Positions 17,586 to 31,338 of a stretch of 64,000 nucleotides of DNA are shown here, one piece after another. The notes under the pieces were generated by a model. It did not search any database. It had not been told where the DNA came from and worked only from the letters and a program-made list of their open reading frames with translations. This DNA comes from an uncultured Hylemonella sp. (lineage in GTDB: Bacteria > Pseudomonadota > Gammaproteobacteria > Burkholderiales > Burkholderiaceae_C): contig CAUPMJ010000001.1 in the NCBI GenBank assembly GCA_963512455.1, positions 107,164-171,163 on the forward strand, in the 5' to 3' direction. The position numbers were made by a program, and so were the translations under genes. Positions within the stretch are counted from its first letter, which is position 1. Every line of letters begins with the position of its first letter.

Positions 17586-17996
17586 ATGTTCAACACACTG
17601 CAAAACCCCCTGTCCCTCATCGGTCGCCTGCTGCTGGCCCTGCTGTTCCTGCCGGCTGGCATCAGCAAGATCGGCGGCTTTGCCGGTACCGCCGGTTACA
17701 TCGCTTCCAAGGGCCTGCCCCTACCGGAAGTGGGCGCTGCGATCGCCATCGCGGTGGAGATCCTCGGTGGCCTGGCCCTGATCCTCGGTTTCGGCACCCG
17801 CCTGGCCGCCCTGGCGCTGGCCCTGTTCACCTTGGTGGCCACCTTCATCTTCCACAACTACTGGGGCGTGCCGGCTGACCAGGCCTTCGTGCAGCAGCTG
17901 ATGTTCTACAAGAACATCGCGGTGGTCGGCGGCCTGCTGGTGCTGGCCGCGCACGGTGCCGGCGCCTGGAGCCTGGACGCCAAGCGTCAGCGCTGA
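17586..17996 (+). CDS. DoxX family membrane protein
   Basis: 136 aa, four TM helices. LIGRLLLALLFLPAGISKIGGF...FIFHNYW...FYKNIAVVGGLL. Confidence 0.88.
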   Translation: MFNTLQNPLSLIGRLLLALLFLPAGISKIGGFAGTAGYIASKGLPLPEVGAAIAIAVEILGGLALILGFGTRLAALALALFTLVATFIFHNYWGVPADQAFVQQLMFYKNIAVVGGLLVLAAHGAGAWSLDAKRQR

Positions 17997-18010
17997 TCTT
18001 TAGCCTATGT

Positions 18011-18039
18011 GCCGGGTCTCGTGACACACGAGATCCGGC
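18011..18039 (+). other. 13-bp stem-loop between doxX and the flavodoxin-like gene
   Basis: GCCGGGTCTCGTG-ACA-CACGAGATCCGGC (one G-U pair). No adjacent T-tract, so not a canonical terminator. Confidence 0.3.
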
Positions 18040-18077
18040 AGGTGTCATTTCTCAAATCGTTTTTCTGGAGTCATTTC

Positions 18078-18632
18078 ATGGCAAAAGTTGCTGTTGTCTT
18101 TCATTCGGGTTATGGCCATACCCAACGCCTGGCCCAATCCGTGGCCGAGGGCGCAGGTGCCGAACTGCTCACCATTGATGCCGATGGCAACCTGCCCGAA
18201 GCTGCGTGGGAGACGCTGGCTGCCGCCGACGCCATCATCATGGGCTCGCCCACCTATATGGGCAGCGTGAGCTGGCAGTTCAAGAAGTTCGCCGACGCTT
18301 CCAGCAAGCCCTGGTACACCCAGGCCTGGAAGGACAAGGTGTTCGCGGGTTTCACCAACAGCTCCAACGTCAACGGCGACAAGGGTTCCACCTTGAGCTA
18401 TCTGCACACGCTGGCCATGCAGCATGGCGGCCTGTGGGTCGGCCTGGGCATGGCGTACCACAACACCAAGGACTCCAAGCGCAGCGACGTCAACTACCTG
18501 GCCGCGAATGCCGGCCTCATGGGCCAGACGGCCTCCGACGCGCCGGCCGACAAGATGGAAGCCGGCGACCTGGAAACCGCGCGCCTGTTCGGCCAGCGCG
18601 TTGCTGCCGTCGCTGCCAAGCTGCGCGGCTAA
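18078..18632 (+). CDS. Flavodoxin-like fold NAD(P)H:quinone oxidoreductase (WrbA-type)
   Basis: Trimmed to ATG 18078 (MAKVAVVFHSGYGHTQRLAQSVAEG...IIMGSPTYMGSVSWQFKKF). Confidence 0.85.
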   Translation: MAKVAVVFHSGYGHTQRLAQSVAEGAGAELLTIDADGNLPEAAWETLAAADAIIMGSPTYMGSVSWQFKKFADASSKPWYTQAWKDKVFAGFTNSSNVNGDKGSTLSYLHTLAMQHGGLWVGLGMAYHNTKDSKRSDVNYLAANAGLMGQTASDAPADKMEAGDLETARLFGQRVAAVAAKLRG

Positions 18633-18658
18633 GCGTAGAGTCGGGCTCCAGGAGGGCC

Positions 18659-18928
18659 TGGGGCCTGTTCACGCTAATTTCTCAAGATGCGTTGCGAATC
18701 AAAAAGGCCATGCGCAAGGCGCGAAACGCAGCCGGGATCGCCCCCCGGCAAGGCTTCGCAACGCCGCGCATGGCCTTTTTGGTCGCAACCCGAAGGGAAT
18801 GGGGTGCAAACCGCGCCACTCGTTGTTGTACTCCTCGCCCAGGCGGTTAGCCTGGGCATCGTCGCCCGCCTAGATTGGCGCGGTTTGCACCCCATTCGCA
18901 TTTGAGAAATTAGCGTGAACAGGCCCCA
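18659..18928. repeat. 270-bp MITE/REP-like element: 27-bp perfect terminal inverted repeats with nested long hairpins
   Basis: TGGGGCCTGTTCACGCTAATTTCTCAA at 18659..18685 is the reverse complement of 18902..18928. Internal stems: 18701..18715 with 18766..18780 (15 bp); 18797..18818 with 18876..18897 (22 bp); 18837..18857. Ends 3 nt before the ATG of the next pirin gene. Confidence 0.6.
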
Positions 18929-18931
18929 ACC

Positions 18932-19813
18932 ATGACATCGCCACTGCATATCCTCACGGGCCACCAGAAGGATCTGGGGGGCGGTTTCCTGGTGCGGCGC
19001 CTCCTGCCCGCTGCGACGCAGCGTTCGGTCGGCCCTTTCATCTTCTTTGACCACTTCGGCCCCGCGCTGGAAACGCCCGAGACCGAGCACGATGTGCGGC
19101 CGCACCCGCACATCGGCCTGGCCACGGTCACTTACCTGTTCGAGGGCGCCATGATGCACCGCGACAGCATCGGCTCCTCGCAGCTGATCGAGCCCGGCGC
19201 CATCAACTGGATGACGGCCGGGCGTGGCATCGTGCATTCCGAGCGTCGCCCCGAGTCGTTGCGCAGCAGCACCTATACCAACCATGGCTTGCAGCTCTGG
19301 GTGGCGCTGCCGCGTGAGCACGAGGAGGCCGAGCCCTCTTTCGAGCACACACCGGCCGCGGCGATTCCCGAAGGGCGGATCGATGATGCGACCGTGCGCG
19401 TGCTGGTGGGTACAGCCTTCGGCTTGCGTTCGCCGGTGCATACGCTGATGCCCACGCTGTACCTGGATGTACAGCTGCCGGCCGGCGGCCGCCTCAAGCT
19501 GCCCGCGCTGGCGCCCGAGATGGCGGCCTATGTGGTGCAGGGTGCGCTGGCACTGGATGGCCAGCCGCTGGCGGCCTTGCAGATGGTCGTGCCGGACCCG
19601 GCGGGCGCGGAGCTGATCGCCAGCGAGGCCACCCGCCTGGTGGTGATCGGCGGCGCGCCCTTGGATGCGCCGCGCCATATGTGGTGGAACTTCGTCTCCA
19701 GTCGCAAGGAGCGCATCACTCAGGCGGCCGATGACTGGGAGGCCCAGCGCCTGGGTCAGGTGCCGGGCGAGACCGAGTTCATTCCCCTGCCTGGGACGCG
19801 CCTGACCTCCTGA
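18932..19813 (+). CDS. Pirin family protein (second paralogue, two-cupin long form)
   Basis: 293 aa with ATG at 18932. GPFIFFDHFGP...VRPHPHIGLATVTYLFEGAMMHRDS. Confidence 0.9.
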   Translation: MTSPLHILTGHQKDLGGGFLVRRLLPAATQRSVGPFIFFDHFGPALETPETEHDVRPHPHIGLATVTYLFEGAMMHRDSIGSSQLIEPGAINWMTAGRGIVHSERRPESLRSSTYTNHGLQLWVALPREHEEAEPSFEHTPAAAIPEGRIDDATVRVLVGTAFGLRSPVHTLMPTLYLDVQLPAGGRLKLPALAPEMAAYVVQGALALDGQPLAALQMVVPDPAGAELIASEATRLVVIGGAPLDAPRHMWWNFVSSRKERITQAADDWEAQRLGQVPGETEFIPLPGTRLTS

Positions 19814-19834
19814 GGCTGGCAGGTCGCGTGCGGC

Positions 19835-22555
19835 TCAGGCATCAGGTGAGGTCAGACTCAGCGGGCGGCCCGGCTCGACCAGCCTGACAAAGTCCCCCAG
19901 CGCTTGAGGCCGGGCATAGAAATAACCCTGGAACAGCCGGCAACCCTGTTGCAGCAGGATGTCGCGCTGGGCTTCGGTTTCCACGCCTTCGGCGATCACC
20001 TCCAGCCCCAGGCTGCGGCCCAGCGCGATGATGGTCTGGGTGATGACCACGTCGTTGGGGTCGGTCTGCAGGTCGCGCACGAAGGAGGCGTCGATCTTGA
20101 GCTGCTGGATGGGCAGACGTTTGAGGTAGCTCAGTGACGAGTAGCCGGTGCCGAAATCGTCCAACGCGAACTGCACGCCCAGCGTCACCAGCCGGCGCAT
20201 TTTTTGGGTGGCATCGTCGATGTTGTGCGCCAGCACGCTCTCGGTTAGCTCCAGCTGCAGCTTGTGGGCGTCGGCGCCGGTGGCCATCAGCACGGAGGTG
20301 ACGCTTTCGACGAAGTTGGCCTGCAGCAGCTGATGCGCGCAGAGGTTGACGGAGATCACCAGCTCGCCCAGCACCGGCTGGCCGCGCCAGCGCTCGATCT
20401 GCTGGCAGACCTGCTCCAGCACCCACTGGCCCAGCGGCAGGATCAGGCCGGTTTCCTCGGCCAGGGGGATGAAGTGTCCCGGCGTCACCAGGCCGCGTTG
20501 CGGGTGCAACCAGCGCACCAGGGCTTCGGCGCCGACCATGCGGCCCTCGCTGTCGAACTGCGGCTGGTAGAACACGCGGAACTGCTGCAGGGACAGCGCC
20601 TGGTTCAGGTCTGCCTCCAGGGTCACGCGCTGGCTGAGCTGCACGGCGATATCGTGGTCGAAGAAGCGGATGGCATTGCGTCCGCCGGCCTTGGCCTCGT
20701 ACATGGCCATGTCGGCGCGCTTGATCAGTTCGTCGGCACCGGTTGCGGGGCCATCGAACAGCGCCACGCCGATGCTGACCGACATCTGGTGGTACTGGCT
20801 GTCGATGCCGAAGGGTTCGCGCATGCTGCTGCGCAGCTTCTCGGCCAGGCTGCGTGCCTGGGCACTGGCGCGTTCGGGGTCGGTATCGAGCTGCTCCAGC
20901 AGCACCGCGAATTCGTCGCCGCCGGTATGCGCCACCATGCCATGGCCGCCGACGATGCGCTGCATGCGGCCGGCCACGGCCTGCAGCAGCGCGTCGCCGA
21001 CCTTGTGGCCCAGGGTGTCGTTGAGCTGCTTGAAACGGTCCAGGTCCGAGAACAGCAAGGCACCGCGGCTGCTCCCGTTGCTGCGGCCCAGGCTTTCCTG
21101 CAGGCGCTCGAACAGCAGGCGGCGGTTGGGCAGGCCGGTGAGGGCATCGTGGTAGGCCAGGTGGTAGACGTGCTCGCTGTGGGCCTTGCGCTCGGAGATG
21201 TCGGAGAACACGGTCACGATGCGTACGAAACGGTCCTTGCGCCGTACCGGCCGGCTGCTGATCTCGACGGGGAAAGTCTTGCCGCTGGCGCTCACGAAGG
21301 TGCTTTCTCCTTCGTAGGGCTGCTGCCAGCGCTGCGGATCGAGCAGGGGGGGGCTGATGCCGCCCGGGGGGGAAGGTTGGGGCGTGGGCGAGACGATCAG
21401 GGGCAGCAGTTGCCGCCCCAGCAGGGCCTCGCGCTGGTAACCGAGCAGGCGACAGGCGGCGCGGTTGATGTAGGTGACGATGCCCTGGCGGTCCAGCACG
21501 AACATGCCTTCACCCATGGCGTTGCTGAACGAGTCCATGCGCTGGCGCAACACCATCTCGCGCAGACCCATGATCACCAGGAGCAGCAGGGTCAGGACCG
21601 TGCTGGCGAGCAGCAGGCCGTATTGCTGCCAGATGTCGCGCCAGGAGATGACCGGCGGCTTGTCGAAGGGCGGGGCGCGCAGCTCGCGCATCATGGCGCG
21701 CACCGGTTCGTAGTCGGCCGGCACGGTGAAGCCGTAGATGCCCATGCGCCGCGCCGTGTCGCCACCGTGCGGCAGCGAAAGCAGGGCGCCAGCGATGCGC
21801 ACCGAGAGATCTTCCGGCAGGTGCGACATGGCGACGACCGGCCATTCCGGGTAGAGCCGGGAGGACAGGGCGTAGGGATAACCGGGGTAGTTCTGCTGTC
21901 CCAGGACCTTGAGTTCCCCCGGCTTGAGCCGTCCCTCGCGCACCAGGGTTTCGAGCAGACCGGTGCGCACGAAGGCGACATCGGCCTCGTTGGCCAGCAG
22001 GGCATCGATGACGCGGTCCTGCGGCAAGCCGGTTTCCACCAGGCGTCCGGGGCTGATCGACAGGCGCGCCAGCTCGGTGGCCTGGATCTGGTAGCCGCCG
22101 AAGGACAGGCGCGAGACGGTGGCGATGCGCTGGCCTTGCAGATCCTTCAGGTCGCGCAGGTCCTGGCGCTCGCTTCGGGACAGGATCACGCCGCCCATGG
22201 CACGTACCGGCTGGCGGTTCTCCAGATTGATCAGGGAGGCCAGAGGCGTGGAGAGACCGTTCTGGTGCACCATGCGTACGTACTCGCCGGGCTGGGTGAT
22301 CACCAGGTCCACCGCCTGCTGGCGCACGGCCTCCTGCATGGGTCCGTATTCGTACACCCTGAGTTCGAAGTGGGCCGAGGGGACCGAACGGTTGAGGTAG
22401 TCCGTCAGGGGCTTCCACTGGGCCAGGGCAAGGGCTTCAGGACGGAACGACAGGACACCCACCACGATGGTTTCCTGGCTGGCCCACAAGGGGCAACCGG
22501 TCAGGGCCAGCAGCAGACCGGTCAGTGAGCGGAGCAGCGCGCGTTTCATCATCAT
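19835..22555 (-). CDS. Sensor protein: periplasmic PhnD-like binding domain - TM - PAS - GGDEF - EAL
   Basis: 906 aa. Three consecutive ATGs at 22555/22552/22549. Signal/TM, then ETIVVGVLSFRP...FGGYQIQ (phosphonate-bd-like PBP) and a TM helix YGLLLASTVLTLLLLVIMGL. Then PAS, HTGGDEFAVLL, EALVRW, LELTES, DDFGTGYSS, EGVE and QGY. Confidence 0.92.
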   Translation of the reverse strand: MMMKRALLRSLTGLLLALTGCPLWASQETIVVGVLSFRPEALALAQWKPLTDYLNRSVPSAHFELRVYEYGPMQEAVRQQAVDLVITQPGEYVRMVHQNGLSTPLASLINLENRQPVRAMGGVILSRSERQDLRDLKDLQGQRIATVSRLSFGGYQIQATELARLSISPGRLVETGLPQDRVIDALLANEADVAFVRTGLLETLVREGRLKPGELKVLGQQNYPGYPYALSSRLYPEWPVVAMSHLPEDLSVRIAGALLSLPHGGDTARRMGIYGFTVPADYEPVRAMMRELRAPPFDKPPVISWRDIWQQYGLLLASTVLTLLLLVIMGLREMVLRQRMDSFSNAMGEGMFVLDRQGIVTYINRAACRLLGYQREALLGRQLLPLIVSPTPQPSPPGGISPPLLDPQRWQQPYEGESTFVSASGKTFPVEISSRPVRRKDRFVRIVTVFSDISERKAHSEHVYHLAYHDALTGLPNRRLLFERLQESLGRSNGSSRGALLFSDLDRFKQLNDTLGHKVGDALLQAVAGRMQRIVGGHGMVAHTGGDEFAVLLEQLDTDPERASAQARSLAEKLRSSMREPFGIDSQYHQMSVSIGVALFDGPATGADELIKRADMAMYEAKAGGRNAIRFFDHDIAVQLSQRVTLEADLNQALSLQQFRVFYQPQFDSEGRMVGAEALVRWLHPQRGLVTPGHFIPLAEETGLILPLGQWVLEQVCQQIERWRGQPVLGELVISVNLCAHQLLQANFVESVTSVLMATGADAHKLQLELTESVLAHNIDDATQKMRRLVTLGVQFALDDFGTGYSSLSYLKRLPIQQLKIDASFVRDLQTDPNDVVITQTIIALGRSLGLEVIAEGVETEAQRDILLQQGCRLFQGYFYARPQALGDFVRLVEPGRPLSLTSPDA

Positions 22556-23562
22556 GCCTCAGTGGTGGGCAGGTAGGCGCTGCTGTAGAGCATTCTGGCG
22601 TCCACGGGTTGGCGGATGATGCCGGCCTGCAGCATGATGGAGGAAAGCTTGTTCGTGACGCGTTGCAGATCACCATCCTGTGCCGAGAGGTAGCGCTGGT
22701 TGCCGATCAGGTCGGGCAGCTCCAGTCCACGCAGCGAGCCGATCATCTCTTCCGCGGTCACATTCAGGCGAGGGGCTGCCTGATAGGCCGCGTCCCAGGG
22801 GTTCTGGCGCAGGTAGCCCAGGGCCTTGAAATAGCCGGCGATGGCGCTGCGCAGGATATGCCCGTGCGACTCCAGGGCCGCGGGGTGTACCGCCAGCACA
22901 TCGAAGATGGTGTCGGGCATCTCGCGCGTGCTGAGCAGCTGGCGTGCGCCGTTTTTCTTGAGCCGTGTTGCCACTGGCTCATACGTGACCAGTGCATCGA
23001 TGCCGCCCCGGGACCAAGCTGCTTCCTGTTCCTCGAAGAGGATGCGCTGCACTTGCACATCCTGGGCCTGCAGGCCAGCTTTTTCCAGCACCATGGACAG
23101 CATCAGGGAACCCAGGGCACTGTCCTCGGCGCCGATGCGCCGCCCCTTGAGGTCGGCCAGGCGCTGCAGTGCCGGGCGTGCCAGCAGGACGTCCGCGCCC
23201 TTGGAAACGTCGAAGACCAGCACGACTTGCAAGGGGATGCCCTGATCCCGCAGCATGAGGATCTCATCGAGGGTCAGCATGGCGCCATCGGCCGTCCCTT
23301 GTTTGACCGCGTCGATCGAGGCCTGCACCGTTGGCACTTCATGCAAGCGGAGGTCTTCAGGCATGTACCCCAGCGCGCGGGCCAGGAACATGGACTCATA
23401 ACCGGGCCAGGGATGGCCGGACAGCACCAGCGGCCGCCGGGGACTGCAGGCAGACAGCGGCAGCAAGCAGGGCAGGACGGAGGCGGCCAGCAATGCTCTG
23501 CGCCCTACGTTCGGTGGTGGACGACGGCTACAGGATGAGTTGGCAGACCGTTCTGGGCGCAT
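22552..23562 (-). CDS. NMT1/THI5-like (NitT/TauT family) substrate-binding lipoprotein, orphan
   Basis: 336 aa with ATG at 23562. RRALLAASVLPCLLPLSAC lipobox. The stop overlaps the start of the downstream sensor gene (ATGA). No ABC permease or ATPase adjacent. Confidence 0.8.
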   Translation of the reverse strand: MRPERSANSSCSRRPPPNVGRRALLAASVLPCLLPLSACSPRRPLVLSGHPWPGYESMFLARALGYMPEDLRLHEVPTVQASIDAVKQGTADGAMLTLDEILMLRDQGIPLQVVLVFDVSKGADVLLARPALQRLADLKGRRIGAEDSALGSLMLSMVLEKAGLQAQDVQVQRILFEEQEAAWSRGGIDALVTYEPVATRLKKNGARQLLSTREMPDTIFDVLAVHPAALESHGHILRSAIAGYFKALGYLRQNPWDAAYQAAPRLNVTAEEMIGSLRGLELPDLIGNQRYLSAQDGDLQRVTNKLSSIMLQAGIIRQPVDARMLYSSAYLPTTEA

Positions 23563-23692
23563 GGGGTGGGCAAGCCATCGTCATGGAATGAGGGCGGGCT
23601 TGTGAACATGGTAATCGACCCCATGCCAGGACGAAAGGCTTTGCATGCGAGAACGGGATGGCGGGGGTGAAATAAGTCGCACCCGCGCCGTC

Positions 23693-24430
23693 CTAGTCGC
23701 GCCGGGCGCGCAGATCGGCCCCCAGGGCCTCGCGTTCGTCGAATACGAAGCATTCGCCTCTGAAGTGCGCGCCGCCGGCTTCCTCGAAATACTTGAGGAT
23801 GCCGCCTTCAAGCTGGTAGACGTGTTCCAGCCCGCTCTCCTGCATGAGGATGGCCGCTTTTTCGCAGCGGATGCCGCCGGTACAGAAGCTCACCACGGTC
23901 TTGCCTTCCAGTTCATCCCGGTGCGCCTGCAGCGCCTGCGGGAAATCGGAGAACTTGTGGATGCGCCAGTCGATGGCGCCTTCGAAGCTGCCGTGGTCGA
24001 TCTCGAAGGCATTGCGCGTGTCCAGTGTCACCACTGGCCGGCCTTCGTCATCGTGACCCTGGTCGAGCCAACGCTTGACAGTCTGCGCTGCCACCGCTGG
24101 TGCGCGGCCCTCGGCAGGCCGGATGGTCGGATGGTTCATGCGGATGATCTCGCGCTTGACCTTGACCAGCATCTTGCGAAAGGGCTGGCGGGCCGACCAG
24201 CTTTCCTTTGGTGTCAGATCGGACAGGCGTGGATCTTCATGCAGTTGCGCCACGAAGGCGCGCACGGCTTCGCCCGGTCCCGCGAGAAACAGGTTGATGC
24301 CCTCTTCGGCCAGCAGCACCGTACCCTTGAGGTCGAGCGCCACCGCCTGTTCGTGCAGTTTTTCGCGCAGGGCATGGGCATCGGGGAGGGGGACGAATTT
24401 GTAGGCGGAGATGTTGAGGATGTCGTTCAC
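23693..24430 (-). CDS. trhO: Rhodanese-domain tRNA uridine(34) hydroxylase (UPF0176/YceA family), short form
   Basis: 245 aa with a GTG start at 24430. [15 protein letters not shown]...[13 protein letters not shown]...[17 protein letters not shown]...[11 protein letters not shown]. Lacks the Cys-rich C-terminal tail of E. coli YceA. Confidence 0.85.
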   Translation of the reverse strand: MNDILNISAYKFVPLPDAHALREKLHEQAVALDLKGTVLLAEEGINLFLAGPGEAVRAFVAQLHEDPRLSDLTPKESWSARQPFRKMLVKVKREIIRMNHPTIRPAEGRAPAVAAQTVKRWLDQGHDDEGRPVVTLDTRNAFEIDHGSFEGAIDWRIHKFSDFPQALQAHRDELEGKTVVSFCTGGIRCEKAAILMQESGLEHVYQLEGGILKYFEEAGGAHFRGECFVFDEREALGADLRARRD

Positions 24431-24482
24431 GGGGGTGATTTTAGGTTTTTGGCTTTAAGGTGTGGGCTTGCTTGCGTGGCTT

Positions 24483-24999
24483 TGTCGGGATGTGCCCCCG
24501 ACAGGGCAGTAACTTTCTTTTGCTTCGCCAAAAGAAAGTCATCAAAGAAAAGGCGAGCCGGATTCGTCGACCCTCCGCTGCGCTACGGGCACGCTGCGTT
24601 GCTCGGGACCGGCGGGAAGCGCAGAAACTCGGCTAGCGCCTCAAACATCTGCGCTTCTTGATCCGCCGCTCCCTGCGCTACTCGCCTCCTCATTACGGCG
24701 GGGGACCGAATACCAGATACCCAAGAAACAAGGACGCGCCATGGCGCGTCCTTGTAGGGTTCGGCTGTTGGGTTCCCGGCTGTTCGGACCCCTATGCCGT
24801 GTGGCAGGGCTGAGCAGCGCAGCAGCGGGCGGATCAGGGCGGGCGTTGTTTGAGCGCAGCGAGTTTAGCCCGACCCCGCCCGATGCGAGCAGCGCAAGGT
24901 ACCCCGCAGGGGCCCTGACTTCGGCTGCCCTTCTCTTTGGTGACTTTCTCTTGGGCACGCAAGAGAAAGTTACTGCGCGGTCGGGCGCACATCCCGACA
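24483..24999. repeat. 517-bp palindromic repeat cluster: two diverged ~258-bp repeat units head-to-head around a 28-bp perfect palindrome
   Basis: TGTCGGGATGTGC at 24483 and its reverse complement ending at 24999. The outer ~65 nt of both arms align well, and each has GTCGGG/CCCGAC and AACTTTCT..AGAAAGT hairpins. Central palindrome ACAAGGACGCGCCATGGCGCGTCCTTGT at 24728..24755. Confidence 0.6.
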
Positions 25000-25031
25000 G
25001 GTAGCTCAACCAGCAAGACAGAGCAAAGAAG

Positions 25032-28505
<3,474 letters not shown>

Positions 28506-28582
28506 GAGTTTGATTTTAGTTATTCAGTTCGCAATGTAGCCATGATGGGAAGTGTATTTTTCATCGGATGCGCTGGAATCCA

Positions 28583-28612
28583 TAAAAAGAAAAAGCCCGC
28601 GCGAGGCGGGCT
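28583..28612 (-). terminator. Rho-independent terminator after rpoD
   Basis: Minus strand reads AAAGCCCGCCTCGCGCGGGCTTTTTCTTTTTA. 6-bp GC stem (28595..28600 with 28606..28611) and a T-tract. Confidence 0.6.
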
Positions 28613-28636
28613 TTCCAGGCTGCGGGTTTCCCCGGA

Positions 28637-31072
<2,436 letters not shown>

Positions 31073-31288
31073 GGATCAACCTCGAAACATCAAAAACTGA
31101 CACAAAGAAACAAACACAGCACCGAAAAACCGGCGCGGTTGGGGGACAGAGGAGAAATCCTCAGAGGCAAGATGAGAGGGCGAACATTTGGGGTGCAGTC
31201 CTTGCGGTAAGGTGGCCGGTCGTGCGCGGAGGCTACGGTTGGCCTGGCCCGGAGGTGCTGCTGTCGCTCTTGCCGAAATCAGAAATGG

Positions 31289-31316
31289 ATTATACCCGGT
31301 GATTCCGGAAATTCAA
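31289..31316 (-). promoter_or_regulatory. Candidate sigma70 promoter for rpoD in the dnaG-rpoD spacer
   Basis: Minus strand reads TTGAAT (31316..31311), a 16-nt spacer, then TATAAT (31294..31289). Predicts a leader of about 210 nt. Confidence 0.45.
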
Positions 31317-31338
31317 TGCCGGTGCGGGCTCTGGCGGC

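Noticed and set aside
20264-22528. 754-aa plus-strand ORF
   Set aside because: Antisense to the PBP-PAS-GGDEF-EAL gene, with low-complexity Ala/Gly/Gln/His composition and no domain signatures.
24641-25009. 122-aa (minus) and 87-aa (plus, 24741..25004) ORFs in the trhO-dnaE spacer
   Set aside because: They lie entirely within the palindromic repeat cluster. They mirror each other because of the inverted repeat, have no RBS, and are Arg/Pro/Ser-rich, so they are read-outs of repeat DNA rather than genes.
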